59,476 bases of DNA from a virus (Duplodnaviria; Heunggongvirae; Uroviricota; Caudoviricetes): positions 84,406 to 143,881 of the IMG/VR virus record IMGVR_UViG_3300029544_000210; one strand, written 5' to 3'. Of this stretch, positions 27,848-38,646 are shown piece after piece. The notes below the pieces were generated by a model, which saw only the letters and a program-made list of their open reading frames with translations, ran no database searches and had not been told where the DNA came from. The first letter of the stretch is position 1; every line of letters starts with the position of its first letter. Made by a program: the position numbers and the translations under genes.

Positions 27848-29602
27848 ATGCCTCAATTAAAAACTCAGACTGAGATAGAAAAAGATAAACAACAAAAGAT
27901 AATGGAAACTGTTGCTTGGAGAGCAGGATATTATCGCAGCAATCCACATAGATATGTTATTGACGTGTTGGGACTATCTTTAAAATGGTTTCAACAAATT
28001 TTGTTATGGTGCATGATGCACTATAATTTCGTTATGTATTTGGCAGCGAGGGGACAAGGTAAGACATACCTAACTGCCCTCTTCTGTTGTGTAAGATGTA
28101 TCTTATTTCCTGGAACAAAAATCGTTGTAAGTTCTGGAACTTTAAAACAGGCAAACGAAGTCTTACTAAAAATACAAGATGATTTTATGAAACAATCTTC
28201 TATATTACGTTCTGAAATTGAGAAATGTAATATAGGTCAAAATGATGCTTCTATTTATTTCAAAAATGGTTCATGGATAAAAACAAGAACCAGTTCAGAA
28301 AATTCAAGATCAGCCAGGGCAAATTGCATAGTCGTGGATGAATTTCGTATGGTCGATGAAACAGTTATCAATACTGTATTGCGTAAATTCTTAACAAGTC
28401 CAAGACAGCCAAAATATTTACAAAAACCTGAATATGCTCATATGCAGGAAAGAAACAAAGAAATATATATGTCCAGTGCATATTTTAAAAGCTCATGGGC
28501 TTATAGAAAAGCACAAAGTTACACTCTTAATTTCTTTGATGACACAAAAAAATATTTTATATGTGGATTACCTTATCAGGTATCAGTGCGTGAAGGGCTA
28601 CTCTCTCGTTCTCAGCTTGAAGATGAAATGAGTGAAGCTGATTACAATGAACTTGTTCAGCAGATGGAAATGGAATGTTTGTGGTTTGGTGATACAGATG
28701 GTAGTTTGTTTAAATTTGATGAATTAACCGCTCGTAGAAGATTACGCAAAGCATTTCCACCATTGAGTTTCTGCAATGACAAAATATCAATTCCGAAATT
28801 AACAGCTACTGGTAAAAGAATACTATCTATTGACGTTGCTCTTATGCAATCTACGAAAAAGAAAAAGAATGATGCCTCTGCTATTTTTATCAACGACTTA
28901 ATTCAAGTAAATGATACTGCATATCAATCAAATTTCGTATATGGTGAAACTTTTGAAGGTTTGAAAACAGATGAATTAGGAATGATTGTTATGAAATATT
29001 TTTATGAGTATCAATGTACAGATTTAGTTTTAGATACAAACGGAATCGGCTTGGGAGTATATGATTTTATCACCAAGGAACAAATTTGCCAAGAAAACGG
29101 TAAAAGATACCAAGCAATGACTTGTATAAATGATAAAGATATGGCTGAACGATGCAAAGTTCGTGATGCTAATAAGGTTGTTTGGTCTGTAAAAGCTAAT
29201 GCTAATTTTAATAATGAGATATGCGTATTACTTAGAAATGGTATACAGAATGGAAAAATTAATTTTCTTATTCCTGAACAGGATGCAGATAGTTCATTAA
29301 AAGAAACATATAAGGGATATTTCAAAATGTCTCCAACAGAGCAAGCAAAATTGAAAATGTCTTATATACAAACAACGTTTGCCGTTTACGAATTGATTAA
29401 ATTGGATCATGAAGTTAAAAACGGAAATATCAAGGTTAAAGAAGTTGAAGGTATGAGGAAAGATAGGTATTCTTCTATTGCCTATTCTTATTGGTGTGCT
29501 TGTCAATTGGAATTAAAATTAAAACCTAAGACACAAGATACACAATCATTAGTCAACAAGCTTCCAATCCGTCAATCAAAACGATTTAGCCTATACAATT
29601 AA
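27848..29602 (+). CDS. terL: terminase large subunit
   Basis: AARGQGKT Walker A, VVDE Walker B, SIDVA, DTNGIG, KDRYSS nuclease motifs. Confidence 0.95.
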   Translation: MPQLKTQTEIEKDKQQKIMETVAWRAGYYRSNPHRYVIDVLGLSLKWFQQILLWCMMHYNFVMYLAARGQGKTYLTALFCCVRCILFPGTKIVVSSGTLKQANEVLLKIQDDFMKQSSILRSEIEKCNIGQNDASIYFKNGSWIKTRTSSENSRSARANCIVVDEFRMVDETVINTVLRKFLTSPRQPKYLQKPEYAHMQERNKEIYMSSAYFKSSWAYRKAQSYTLNFFDDTKKYFICGLPYQVSVREGLLSRSQLEDEMSEADYNELVQQMEMECLWFGDTDGSLFKFDELTARRRLRKAFPPLSFCNDKISIPKLTATGKRILSIDVALMQSTKKKKNDASAIFINDLIQVNDTAYQSNFVYGETFEGLKTDELGMIVMKYFYEYQCTDLVLDTNGIGLGVYDFITKEQICQENGKRYQAMTCINDKDMAERCKVRDANKVVWSVKANANFNNEICVLLRNGIQNGKINFLIPEQDADSSLKETYKGYFKMSPTEQAKLKMSYIQTTFAVYELIKLDHEVKNGNIKVKEVEGMRKDRYSSIAYSYWCACQLELKLKPKTQDTQSLVNKLPIRQSKRFSLYN

Positions 29603-29623
29603 AAAGGAGGTGTGCTATCAAAT

Positions 29624-31165
29624 ATGGCGCAAACAAAAAGTAAGGTGTCAAGCACACCTACTCGTACTGCCGCAGAAATTAAAGAGTGGTATGAGAAAAA
29701 TGAAAAAAATATATCAAATTTTGCAAAGGCACAAAATGCCTTGAAGCAGTTGGTAGATCCAACAAAATCTACAACAAGAACTTATTCAACCTTTGATAAA
29801 ACAAAACTTCGTACATATATGAAGAATCCACCAGCTCAGTATAAAAACTTACGAAATCTGAGTAGATATCTTTATTATCGAAGTAGTGTTTATAGGAGGT
29901 TGGTTTGGTTTAACGCAACAATGATTGATACAAATGCTCGTGCAGTAATTCCAATCATTGATATTAATAAGGGTGGAGATAAAGCAAAGGTACTAAAAAG
30001 TTATTATGATACACTGTCTGTATTAAATAATATGAATTTAGCACTTGAATTTCTCAAAGCATATATAATTGCTTGGCGAGAAGATGTATTTTTCGGAATG
30101 GCTTTTTATGATGATACAGGATATTTTATTCTTCCTGTTGATCCAGATTATGCAAAAGTAAATGGTGCTTATATGACAGGTGATTTATCTTATGTAATGG
30201 ATATGTCGTATTATTCAAGACATGAGGATATGGTTGAATGGATTGGAGAACCACTCACTTCTATGTATCGTCAGTATCAGAACAATTCAACGGAAAATCG
30301 TTGGCAACAAATGCCAGATGAATACTGTGTATGTTTCAAAGTGAATATAGATGATTATGAAATTCCACTTCCACCTTATATGAATCTATTCAATTCTCTT
30401 ATAAATCTTGCTGACCTCGAAGATATTCAAGCTGTAGCTGACGAAGCTAATATTTATAAATTGGTTACTGCTACTATTCCATTATCAAATGACCAAGATG
30501 GTGTAGACCAATTTTTAGTAGATCCAGATACTGCTATAGAATATTATAATAAATTTGTTGATTCATTGCCTGATTATATAGCTGCTGCTATTACGCCTAT
30601 TCCATTAGATGTACTTACATTTGGTGATGATCAAGCAACAGATGTTAATAAAATTGAAAACGCCACAAAAACAGTATTCAATACTTCTGGTGGTGCACAG
30701 TTACTAAATTCAAGCTCTATCTCAGGAACTACTGCCTGGCAGGGAGCAATTAAATTCGATGAGAAATATGCAACATCTTCTCTTCTACCTCAAACACAGG
30801 CATATCTAAATAGATTTTTATCTTATCAAGTTTCTAATCCAGCAAAAGTTAAAATGCTAGAAACGTCCCCATATACAAAAAGTACATTAAAAAAAGAAAT
30901 GCTTGAGGATGCTACTTATGGTCTTCCTACTGCATTAGTTGTAAATAATTTAAATGGATTTAATGAATTGGAGACACTAAGTATGAATTTCTTATTGCAT
31001 GATACATTGGACATCACATCTTCTTTTGTTCCACTTCAGTCGAGCCACACCCAATCTTCTTCGGATAATCAAGGTGGCGGTCAAACCAAGGATATTGGTG
31101 GAGCTGATTCTATTACAGACGATGGGGAAGCTTCGCAGGATAAGAGAGATCAGAGTAATGGATAA
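29624..31165 (+). CDS. portal protein
   Basis: LRNLSRYLYYRSSVYRR; follows TerL; size ~510 aa. Confidence 0.8.
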   Translation: MAQTKSKVSSTPTRTAAEIKEWYEKNEKNISNFAKAQNALKQLVDPTKSTTRTYSTFDKTKLRTYMKNPPAQYKNLRNLSRYLYYRSSVYRRLVWFNATMIDTNARAVIPIIDINKGGDKAKVLKSYYDTLSVLNNMNLALEFLKAYIIAWREDVFFGMAFYDDTGYFILPVDPDYAKVNGAYMTGDLSYVMDMSYYSRHEDMVEWIGEPLTSMYRQYQNNSTENRWQQMPDEYCVCFKVNIDDYEIPLPPYMNLFNSLINLADLEDIQAVADEANIYKLVTATIPLSNDQDGVDQFLVDPDTAIEYYNKFVDSLPDYIAAAITPIPLDVLTFGDDQATDVNKIENATKTVFNTSGGAQLLNSSSISGTTAWQGAIKFDEKYATSSLLPQTQAYLNRFLSYQVSNPAKVKMLETSPYTKSTLKKEMLEDATYGLPTALVVNNLNGFNELETLSMNFLLHDTLDITSSFVPLQSSHTQSSSDNQGGGQTKDIGGADSITDDGEASQDKRDQSNG

Positions 31166-31175
31166 GGAGAAAAGG

Positions 31176-31361
31176 ATGAATGACAAAAAACTAATTTGTA
31201 CGGCAGATGAAGATACTGCTTCTGCTTTACGCAAATCTGGTTTCAGAGAAATGAAAACAGGTAATAAAAACATCTACACGTTTCTGAATAATACAACATT
31301 AAAATTTTCAGAAGGTGTTGATATAAACAAAATCAAGTATAGCAATATGCTTACATTCTAG
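31176..31361 (+). CDS. small hypothetical protein
   Basis: KLICTADEDTASALRKSGF...YTFLN...KYSNMLTF; AAGGAG RBS. Confidence 0.6.
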   Translation: MNDKKLICTADEDTASALRKSGFREMKTGNKNIYTFLNNTTLKFSEGVDINKIKYSNMLTF

Positions 31362-31413
31362 TTGTCCTCTTTGGGCAACTTTTATTTTGTAAAAATTTAG
31401 AAAAGGAGGAGAC

Positions 31414-32742
31414 ATGGATAAAAAGCATACTTCGCTAAAATTTAAGGCAAAAGTCACGCCTATTGAAAAAATAAATGATGAATTCACATTATGCAAGTGT
31501 TATGTACAGGGTGTTGGAAAGAATAGAAATTTTTCTTATATGAGCAAAGAAAATATTCAGAGATGTTTACCAACTCTATCATACGCACCTGTTGTTGGTC
31601 ATTTAATTGACAAATTAGATGAAGATGGAAATCCAACTGGTGAAAAGTACATGGGTGGTCATGATTACTATATTGATGATGACTGGAATTTAAAAAGTGC
31701 TTGTGTTCCTTATGGTGTTGTAAAAGCAGATTCATTTGACTTTGAAACCGTAAAAGAATATGAAGACGAAATCGAAACAGAATATCTTACTGCCGAAATT
31801 GTTCTTTGGACTGGTAGATATCCTGAGTTAATGGAAGCTATTTATTCCGATGACTTTTATTTTAATGAATCAATGGAAATTTCTGTATCAGAATACAGAC
31901 CTTATGAGGAAGATAGTAACTATACAGAATTAACAGACTTTACATATTCTGCTCTTTGTCTTTTAGGCAAGGCAGATGACAAAACAAGTCCAGAACATAC
32001 AGAACCATGTTTTGTAGAATCAAAAGTAATTCCTGTTCAGTATTCACTTGAAAGAGAAGAATTTTCAAAAGTAATGGGCGAACTCAAAAATGAATTAGCC
32101 TTTTATTTTAATAAAGACAACACTGACGGAAAGGAGGATGAAGTTGTGGAAAACGAAAACGAAAACGAAGAAGTAATTGAAACTGTTGAGGAAGTAAATG
32201 AAGAGTCCACAGAGGAAGTTGTTGAAAATACAACTGAGGAAACTCCTGACGCAGAAGTAAATGAAGACACAAATACTGAATCTGAAAATGAAGAAGTACA
32301 GGAGGATGAAACTGTTATTGAGGCTTCTGTAGAAGAAACTGTTGAAGAGACTGTAGAAATGTCAGAACTTGATTCTTTAAAAGCTAAGTACGAAGAGTAT
32401 AAGAATTCTCACTCTCACACAAACGAGGAATTTGATGAGTTACAGAGATATTATGATAAAGCTGAATTTGAAAAGATTCATGCAGAACGTGATGCTATGT
32501 TATCTGATGAAAAATACTCTGTATTAGCTGAGAACGAAGCTTTTACTGAGTTAAAGAAAAATATGGACAACTACTCTCTTGCTGATCTTGAAAAAGAAGC
32601 AAAGGTTATTTTTGCTGACTATGTATCTTCTGTTGGAACATTTTCTATGAATGATTCTAATAAGAAATCTACTTCAAAGATTAGATTTAGTATGAAGAAA
32701 GATACTGGCAAGACAAAGGCTTATTCAACATTATTTAAGTAA
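31414..32742 (+). CDS. prohead protease/scaffold protein
   Basis: GKNRN, APVVG, GH, LWTGRY, SMEI, ALCLLG, EPCF; long acidic scaffold tail. Confidence 0.8.
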   Translation: MDKKHTSLKFKAKVTPIEKINDEFTLCKCYVQGVGKNRNFSYMSKENIQRCLPTLSYAPVVGHLIDKLDEDGNPTGEKYMGGHDYYIDDDWNLKSACVPYGVVKADSFDFETVKEYEDEIETEYLTAEIVLWTGRYPELMEAIYSDDFYFNESMEISVSEYRPYEEDSNYTELTDFTYSALCLLGKADDKTSPEHTEPCFVESKVIPVQYSLEREEFSKVMGELKNELAFYFNKDNTDGKEDEVVENENENEEVIETVEEVNEESTEEVVENTTEETPDAEVNEDTNTESENEEVQEDETVIEASVEETVEETVEMSELDSLKAKYEEYKNSHSHTNEEFDELQRYYDKAEFEKIHAERDAMLSDEKYSVLAENEAFTELKKNMDNYSLADLEKEAKVIFADYVSSVGTFSMNDSNKKSTSKIRFSMKKDTGKTKAYSTLFK

Positions 32743-32822
32743 AAAAGAATATAAACACATTTTTTGAGAGCGTCATAAGACGTTCTTTTTTATTGCACAA
32801 AAATATTAAGGAGGAAATTAAA

Positions 32823-33302
32823 ATGGCAACAAGTTTTATTGATTTTAGTACAAAACATGCCGTAGCTGAGTCTACAAAGCTCAAGGCTACTCAGATTGGA
32901 AATATCTGGAACATCGAAGCAAAAGCAGATATTGATAACGGAACTATTGTTAAAAAAGGGGCGTATCTCAGACCAGAGGTTTATGAGGAAGATACTGCTG
33001 TTACTTTCGCAGGAAAGATTATTGAAAAAGCAGCCAATGGTGGATTCAGAGTAGAAGTTACTGCTATTGGTGACGGTGAAGGATTAGTTCTTTCCGTACC
33101 TCTTATTTATGAGGAGTACACAACAAAAATGCAGGAAGAGTCAAATTTCTTCAATGCAAAAGGAGACATTCTCAGAGTGTACGAGCTTTATGTCGGTGAC
33201 GTGTTTACTGTTTCTGCCGAAGCATTCACTACTGATAAAGCACCCGCTGTAACTGACACTGTTGCTGTTTCTGCTAAGAAATTAAAGGCTACTGCGGTTT
33301 AA
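32823..33302 (+). CDS. capsid decoration / head protein
   Basis: DIDNG...RVYELYVGDVFTVS; between scaffold and major capsid genes. Confidence 0.6.
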   Translation: MATSFIDFSTKHAVAESTKLKATQIGNIWNIEAKADIDNGTIVKKGAYLRPEVYEEDTAVTFAGKIIEKAANGGFRVEVTAIGDGEGLVLSVPLIYEEYTTKMQEESNFFNAKGDILRVYELYVGDVFTVSAEAFTTDKAPAVTDTVAVSAKKLKATAV

Positions 33303-33323
33303 TCGAAAGGAGGATAAAGAATA

Positions 33324-34403
33324 ATGAAGAAATTAACATTTAGCAATGCTGATACTAGAGAAGTATTTGCTGATAAGGATTATACTGAATTTTCTCAGTT
33401 AATGATTGATACTGCTTGCGGAAAGCAGAAAGATGTATCTAAGGAAGATGCAGATGCTAAAATTCGTGAAGTTATGTTTGAGATTCTTGGTGTAGATGAG
33501 GAATGTTCTCGCAAGGATTTACATAAGGCAATTCGTAGACATAAGGTTGATGTCTTCGAAGTTATTGAAGAGACAGTTGAGAATTTACTTGTTTCTGGTT
33601 GGGGAGATAACCCATTCTTCAACGAATTCGTAGAAGTTAAGTCTATGAATACAGGTGATACAAATGAGTTCTATGTTCCTGATGAGACTGTATTAACTGT
33701 ATCTGAATTAAGTGGAAACCACCACAACCTCTTCCGTCAGAGACTTGGTGCTGGTAGTACATTCTCTGTAAAGACATCTTGGTACGGGGTTAAGATTTAT
33801 GCCGAGTACGAGCTGTTTATGGCTGGTAAGGTTGACTGGGCAGGATTTATCAATAAGATTTATGAAGCTTTCGACAAGAAAGTAAACGATATGGTTTATG
33901 CTGCTGTTATGGCTGCTGGCGACAAGGTTCTTCCTACAAGCCAGTTTACAAAGACAGGTACATTAAATAAGGATACTCTTATTACTCTTGTTGAGGACGT
34001 ACAGACAGCAAACGGTGTCGAAGCTGTAATTATGGGTACTAAGACAGCACTTTCTAAGCTTAATGCTCTTGCTGATACACAGTGGATTTCAGACTCTATG
34101 AAAGAGGAAAGACATACTACTGGTCGTCTTGGTATCTGGGAAGGAATTCGTCTTGTAGAGATTCCTCAGAGTTTTGCTCCAAATGATACTTCTAAGAAGT
34201 TAGTAGCAAATGACGTTCTCCTTGTTATGCCTGTTGCAGACAACAAATTCATCAAGATTTATGATGAGGGTGAGGCACAGGTTAAGGAAGTATCTGATGG
34301 CAACACAAATATGGATAAGACAATTGAATACGAATACCAGCAGAAAATGGGTGTAGCAACTGTACTTCAGAGAAAGTTTGGTTTCTACAAGAACATTGCC
34401 TAG
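33324..34403 (+). CDS. major capsid protein
   Basis: FEVIEETV...GDTNEF...RQRL...IMGTKTAL...GRLGIWEG; optimised codon usage; synteny. Confidence 0.85.
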   Translation: MKKLTFSNADTREVFADKDYTEFSQLMIDTACGKQKDVSKEDADAKIREVMFEILGVDEECSRKDLHKAIRRHKVDVFEVIEETVENLLVSGWGDNPFFNEFVEVKSMNTGDTNEFYVPDETVLTVSELSGNHHNLFRQRLGAGSTFSVKTSWYGVKIYAEYELFMAGKVDWAGFINKIYEAFDKKVNDMVYAAVMAAGDKVLPTSQFTKTGTLNKDTLITLVEDVQTANGVEAVIMGTKTALSKLNALADTQWISDSMKEERHTTGRLGIWEGIRLVEIPQSFAPNDTSKKLVANDVLLVMPVADNKFIKIYDEGEAQVKEVSDGNTNMDKTIEYEYQQKMGVATVLQRKFGFYKNIA

Positions 34404-34472
34404 TATTCTGTGTATATTTTATGGAGAGTGTATTATGCACTCTCCTATTTTAATGCAAGGAGATAAAAGGAA

Positions 34473-35018
34473 ATGGCATATACAAAAAAGACCAATACAG
34501 AAGAAAAGACCGTAAAGACTACTACTGAAAAAACAACATCAAAAACTGTTGAACCAGTAAAGGTAAAGGAATACAAGTCTGATGACCTGATCCCATGTCG
34601 TTCTATGACAAAGGGAGAACTTATTTATGTAGGAAAGAAAAGTGGCGAAGTTTACACTTGGGAAGATTATGGTGATATTACAGAGATTGAATATCAGGAT
34701 TTACTTGGATTAAGAGCTAAAAAGTCACCATTTATTTTTGAGACATTGTTTGTAATTGAAGATGAAGAACTGTTGGAAGATCCTAAGTGGAAAGATGTAA
34801 AAGCACTTTACGAAAAGATTTATTCAGAAGATGTAGAAACACTTATAGATATGAATCTTAATGACTTTAAGCGTATATTCCCTACCCTTCCAAACGGATT
34901 ACAGAGAGCTGTATGTGCAGAAGTTGCTACTGAAATGGAAGCAGGAACTTTTGATTCATTACAGAAAATCAAAGTAATTGATGAGGTTTGCGGTACAGAC
35001 TTATCTTCTATTTTATAA
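34473..35018 (+). CDS. virion-module hypothetical protein
   Basis: ORF track; synteny after capsid. Confidence 0.7.
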   Translation: MAYTKKTNTEEKTVKTTTEKTTSKTVEPVKVKEYKSDDLIPCRSMTKGELIYVGKKSGEVYTWEDYGDITEIEYQDLLGLRAKKSPFIFETLFVIEDEELLEDPKWKDVKALYEKIYSEDVETLIDMNLNDFKRIFPTLPNGLQRAVCAEVATEMEAGTFDSLQKIKVIDEVCGTDLSSIL

Positions 35019-35033
35019 TAAAGGAGGCTCACA

Positions 35034-35489
35034 ATGACGCTTCCATATGAAACAATTTTTTCACGAACAAGAGGACGAATTTCAGATCCGAAAGAACTCT
35101 CTCTTGACGAAAACGATTTGCTTGAAATATATACAGAGCGATTAAGCAATGTAATTTCTAATCCAAGGGTGCGTAGACTATTCTCTTCTCTCACACTCGA
35201 TGATGAAATTCAACAGTTGGATTTCACACTGAATAATTCAGTAGATGAAACGGCTGATATGAATTTTGTCGTAGGAATTCTTGTACTTGGAATGACGATT
35301 GAGTGGTTACAGCCACAGGTTGATTCTATTATGCACACATCAGTAATGATAGGTGGAAAGGAAGAAAAGAAGCTACTTGACAATCATAAAAATATGATTG
35401 ACCGTCTGGATTCCATGAAAACTGAATTGAATAAACGTATTCGTGATTACGGATATATGTATAATTCCTATATTAACACGGAGTCCTAA
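35034..35489 (+). CDS. probable head-tail adaptor
   Basis: TLPYETIFSR...FTLN...GMTIEWL; synteny. Confidence 0.55.
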   Translation: MTLPYETIFSRTRGRISDPKELSLDENDLLEIYTERLSNVISNPRVRRLFSSLTLDDEIQQLDFTLNNSVDETADMNFVVGILVLGMTIEWLQPQVDSIMHTSVMIGGKEEKKLLDNHKNMIDRLDSMKTELNKRIRDYGYMYNSYINTES

Positions 35490-35490
35490 T

Positions 35491-35856
35491 ATGCAATACA
35501 TATATGGTGACTTTACAGACAAGCAAATCAATGAAGCAGTTCGTGCGATGCACGGTGATATTCACAAACTACTGCTCTATAAAGACAAGACAATTGAAGA
35601 GAAAATATTTGAAGATGATGAAGCGTTTCTCGTCTTCTTTGAAAACGTTATGTTTAAATTAGGTGGAACAAAAACATTATTTAACGATAACGGGCTTATG
35701 GTAACTCTTATGGCGACTTTACAAGGTGCTATGGATAATTTCAAGAGCGACCATTTCAGTTACAAAAAATTCCGTAGGGCAATCTTAGATTCTCATGGAT
35801 ATATAAAAGCAATGTTTGAGGGAGGTGTAAGCGATGCCGAGTCTACAAACAGCTAG
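35491..35856 (+). CDS. hypothetical protein
   Basis: MQYIYGDFTDKQI...FRRAILD. Confidence 0.65.
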   Translation: MQYIYGDFTDKQINEAVRAMHGDIHKLLLYKDKTIEEKIFEDDEAFLVFFENVMFKLGGTKTLFNDNGLMVTLMATLQGAMDNFKSDHFSYKKFRRAILDSHGYIKAMFEGGVSDAESTNS

Positions 35857-37096
35857 GCGTGTCGCAAACGCCAAGAACAACGAAGCTAAAACGATTGGTC
35901 AGATATATAAGGAACAGTCTGATTGGGCGATGGAACAGACATTTGAAAACGACATAGCTACAAGGACTTGTTATATCTATGACTATTTTCATGATGACTT
36001 CTTCACAGACGAGTATGGAATTACACGTTCTCTCGCTGAAGGTATGACATATGAAAATACCAATAAGACAAAGATAGATGCAAAGTTCATTATCAAATCT
36101 TATCAGTCAATGGACAAAGATCAAGTAGAATACTATCTTATGTTTCGTCCAAGTCAGCCTGTAAGATTCAACGAAGGTGATGACCTTTATTATTATGAGG
36201 TTGATTTTAGGAAACGCTATGGGGCAACATTTCCGATAGGGCTTTTCGTGGACGTTCCAGATGATAGAGGAATTTATCATAAGTGGATTGTCTGTCGTGA
36301 TGAACCTGCAAATCAGTTTCCAAAGTATCTAATTTTACCAGTAAATTACGAACTTACATGGATTGAAAAATCTAATGATAAGCGTATCAAGAGACGTATG
36401 TGGTGTTGTTTAAGACAACAGAATTCCTACACGATCGGAACTTACACAGACCGATATTTTACACATACAGATAATCAGGATAAGATATGGTTGCCAATGA
36501 ACTCTATTACAGAGAAGTTTTGGTACACTTCTGAAGATTCTAAAAATATGCGTGTTGTAGTAAGTGCTTTAACAGAACATCCTACAGTATGGACAGTGAC
36601 CAAGGTTGAAAATTCAATGCCATTTGGTATTCAAAAACTTACTATATATACGGCATTTTGGAACGAGCATACGGATTATGTCAATCTTGAAACGGGCGAA
36701 ATGTATGCGAACTATTTCGATTCAGAAATTGCCCCAACTGATCCATCTACTCCAACCACTCCCCCATCTTCTATTACAGCAAGAATTTCAGCATCCACTT
36801 CAACTATTAAAGTTGGTGGCAGCTATAAAAATCTCACAGTAAATCTATTTAATGATTCCAATGAAGATATTACAACTGAATATGTTGATGCAACCTTTAC
36901 ATGGACTTGCTCTATTGATAATGAAAATTGGACTGATAAAGTTACATGGCGAGCTGGCACAGAGTACAACCAAAAGAAAGTAAAGTTTCCTAATGACGCT
37001 TCTACTATCGGCAAAATACTGTCTATTAAGTGCGAAATTGTTAAGGATAATTTACCGATTGAATCCGAAATTTTGTCGTTAGAATTAACTGAATAG
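35834..37096 (+). CDS. head-closure/virion protein with C-terminal Ig-like domain
   Basis: FPIGLFVDVPD...WIV; C-terminal IKVGGSYKNLTV...TWT. Confidence 0.6.
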   Translation: MPSLQTARRVANAKNNEAKTIGQIYKEQSDWAMEQTFENDIATRTCYIYDYFHDDFFTDEYGITRSLAEGMTYENTNKTKIDAKFIIKSYQSMDKDQVEYYLMFRPSQPVRFNEGDDLYYYEVDFRKRYGATFPIGLFVDVPDDRGIYHKWIVCRDEPANQFPKYLILPVNYELTWIEKSNDKRIKRRMWCCLRQQNSYTIGTYTDRYFTHTDNQDKIWLPMNSITEKFWYTSEDSKNMRVVVSALTEHPTVWTVTKVENSMPFGIQKLTIYTAFWNEHTDYVNLETGEMYANYFDSEIAPTDPSTPTTPPSSITARISASTSTIKVGGSYKNLTVNLFNDSNEDITTEYVDATFTWTCSIDNENWTDKVTWRAGTEYNQKKVKFPNDASTIGKILSIKCEIVKDNLPIESEILSLELTE

Positions 37097-37106
37097 GAGG
37101 TGTTTT

Positions 37107-37757
37107 ATGGCAGAAAAATTAGTTACAAAAAATGATTTGTTAAATAAGCTTCGTGCATATAAGACTACTCCTGATGATGAAAATATTCAGTATAAGAAAA
37201 AGATTGAAAAAGCACTTATGCTTAATCCATGTCTTTTATATGCACTTAATGAAAAATCATTAGAATCTGAACTTTTTGACGATGATGGTAATATCAACTG
37301 GGAATGGAACGAAGATACAAAAGAGTATGAACCTCTTGGGGAATGGGATAGATATTTTGGTGGAACATCTAATATTCGTCCTTATTTATTTATTCCTGAT
37401 ACTCAGACTGAAGTAAAACATTATATCTGTTACCAAGTATCTTTTGATGAAATGCCTCGCTATCAGGATACATTAAAGTATACAAATGTTACATTTACTA
37501 TTTTTGTTCATGGTAATGACAGAAATGATAAATTAACTGGTGTTCCAAGACACGATCTTATTGCTTCTATTATAAGAGAGCGATTTAATTGGTCAAATAT
37601 CTTTGGTATGCAGACTCATCTCATATCTTCTAAGGAATCTACAACAGATAATAATTATCTTGTTCGCACTCTCGTATTCCAAGTTGTTGATACTAATGGA
37701 ATTCATAAAACAACAGATAAAAAGTCTTCTATTATGAATTACGGTATAAGGCGGTGA
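37107..37757 (+). CDS. probable tail terminator/completion protein
   Basis: IRPYLFIPDTQ...HYICY...RHDLIASII...FNWS; synteny. Confidence 0.55.
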   Translation: MAEKLVTKNDLLNKLRAYKTTPDDENIQYKKKIEKALMLNPCLLYALNEKSLESELFDDDGNINWEWNEDTKEYEPLGEWDRYFGGTSNIRPYLFIPDTQTEVKHYICYQVSFDEMPRYQDTLKYTNVTFTIFVHGNDRNDKLTGVPRHDLIASIIRERFNWSNIFGMQTHLISSKESTTDNNYLVRTLVFQVVDTNGIHKTTDKKSSIMNYGIRR

Positions 37758-37761
37758 TTAT

Positions 37762-38595
37762 TTGGATGTATTAGAGACATTAAATAATCTTCAATCTGCT
37801 GCTGAAGAAGATATAAAAAAGAAACAAGAAAAAAGTAATAATCCAGAATACCATTTTGACAAACTTAAAATGTATTTTGGTGAAGATTATACAATAAATG
37901 GTATAACTATTTCAATTCCAACCATAGGAGATATTTTAAATATTGGCGAATCAAAATTTTACCATGCAATCTCTCCTTTTCTTAGTAATTCTACTTCCAT
38001 TCGAGTTCTTCTTTATGATGTATTTAAAAAGGATTGGAACAAAACAAAAGATATTGAAGTGTTTTATATCTTATATCAATTGCTCGAAGATAAAGAGCCG
38101 TTAAAGCTACTATTCAAAGATTTTAGTTTTGATGGATTTGAACTAATTCAAGCAAGAAAAAATGTTGACGATCCAGAATACAATCATCTTGCGCTTTTAA
38201 ATCAAGATAAAAATATGATTATTTATGATGATGAATATATGGAAATTGCTGAATTTATTCGAGCGATGATGAATGTTCATCCAAAGGTTGAAAAGGCAAA
38301 AGGTAAAACAACAAAACAATGGATTTTACAAGAAGATAGAATGAAAGCAGAACAGGATGATAAAAAGAAAGGCGCATCGACTCTTTTACCACTTGTTTCG
38401 AGTTGTATAAATCATCCTGGGTTTAAATATAAGTTGGAAGAATTAAAACAAGTGAATATATGTCAGTTTATGGATTCTGTAAACAGAATTCAAAAATACG
38501 AACAGGGAACGGCTGCTTTACACGGAATTTACGGTGGTATGGTGTCAGCCAAAGACATTCCTGAAGATTTAATCAATTTTATGGGCGATATTTAA
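37762..38595 (+). CDS. virion-module hypothetical protein (tail chaperone-like)
   Basis: PTIGDI...ICQFMDSVNRIQK...GIYGG. Confidence 0.6.
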   Translation: MDVLETLNNLQSAAEEDIKKKQEKSNNPEYHFDKLKMYFGEDYTINGITISIPTIGDILNIGESKFYHAISPFLSNSTSIRVLLYDVFKKDWNKTKDIEVFYILYQLLEDKEPLKLLFKDFSFDGFELIQARKNVDDPEYNHLALLNQDKNMIIYDDEYMEIAEFIRAMMNVHPKVEKAKGKTTKQWILQEDRMKAEQDDKKKGASTLLPLVSSCINHPGFKYKLEELKQVNICQFMDSVNRIQKYEQGTAALHGIYGGMVSAKDIPEDLINFMGDI

Positions 38596-38646
38596 TCGCT
38601 CATTTTTATTGCATAAAAATAACAATTTTAAAGGAGGAAAATAATT

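Noticed and set aside
13446..29602. Inteins in RNAP or terminase
   Set aside because: No C...HN-C/S/T splice motifs or LAGLIDADG blocks seen; TerL length is normal
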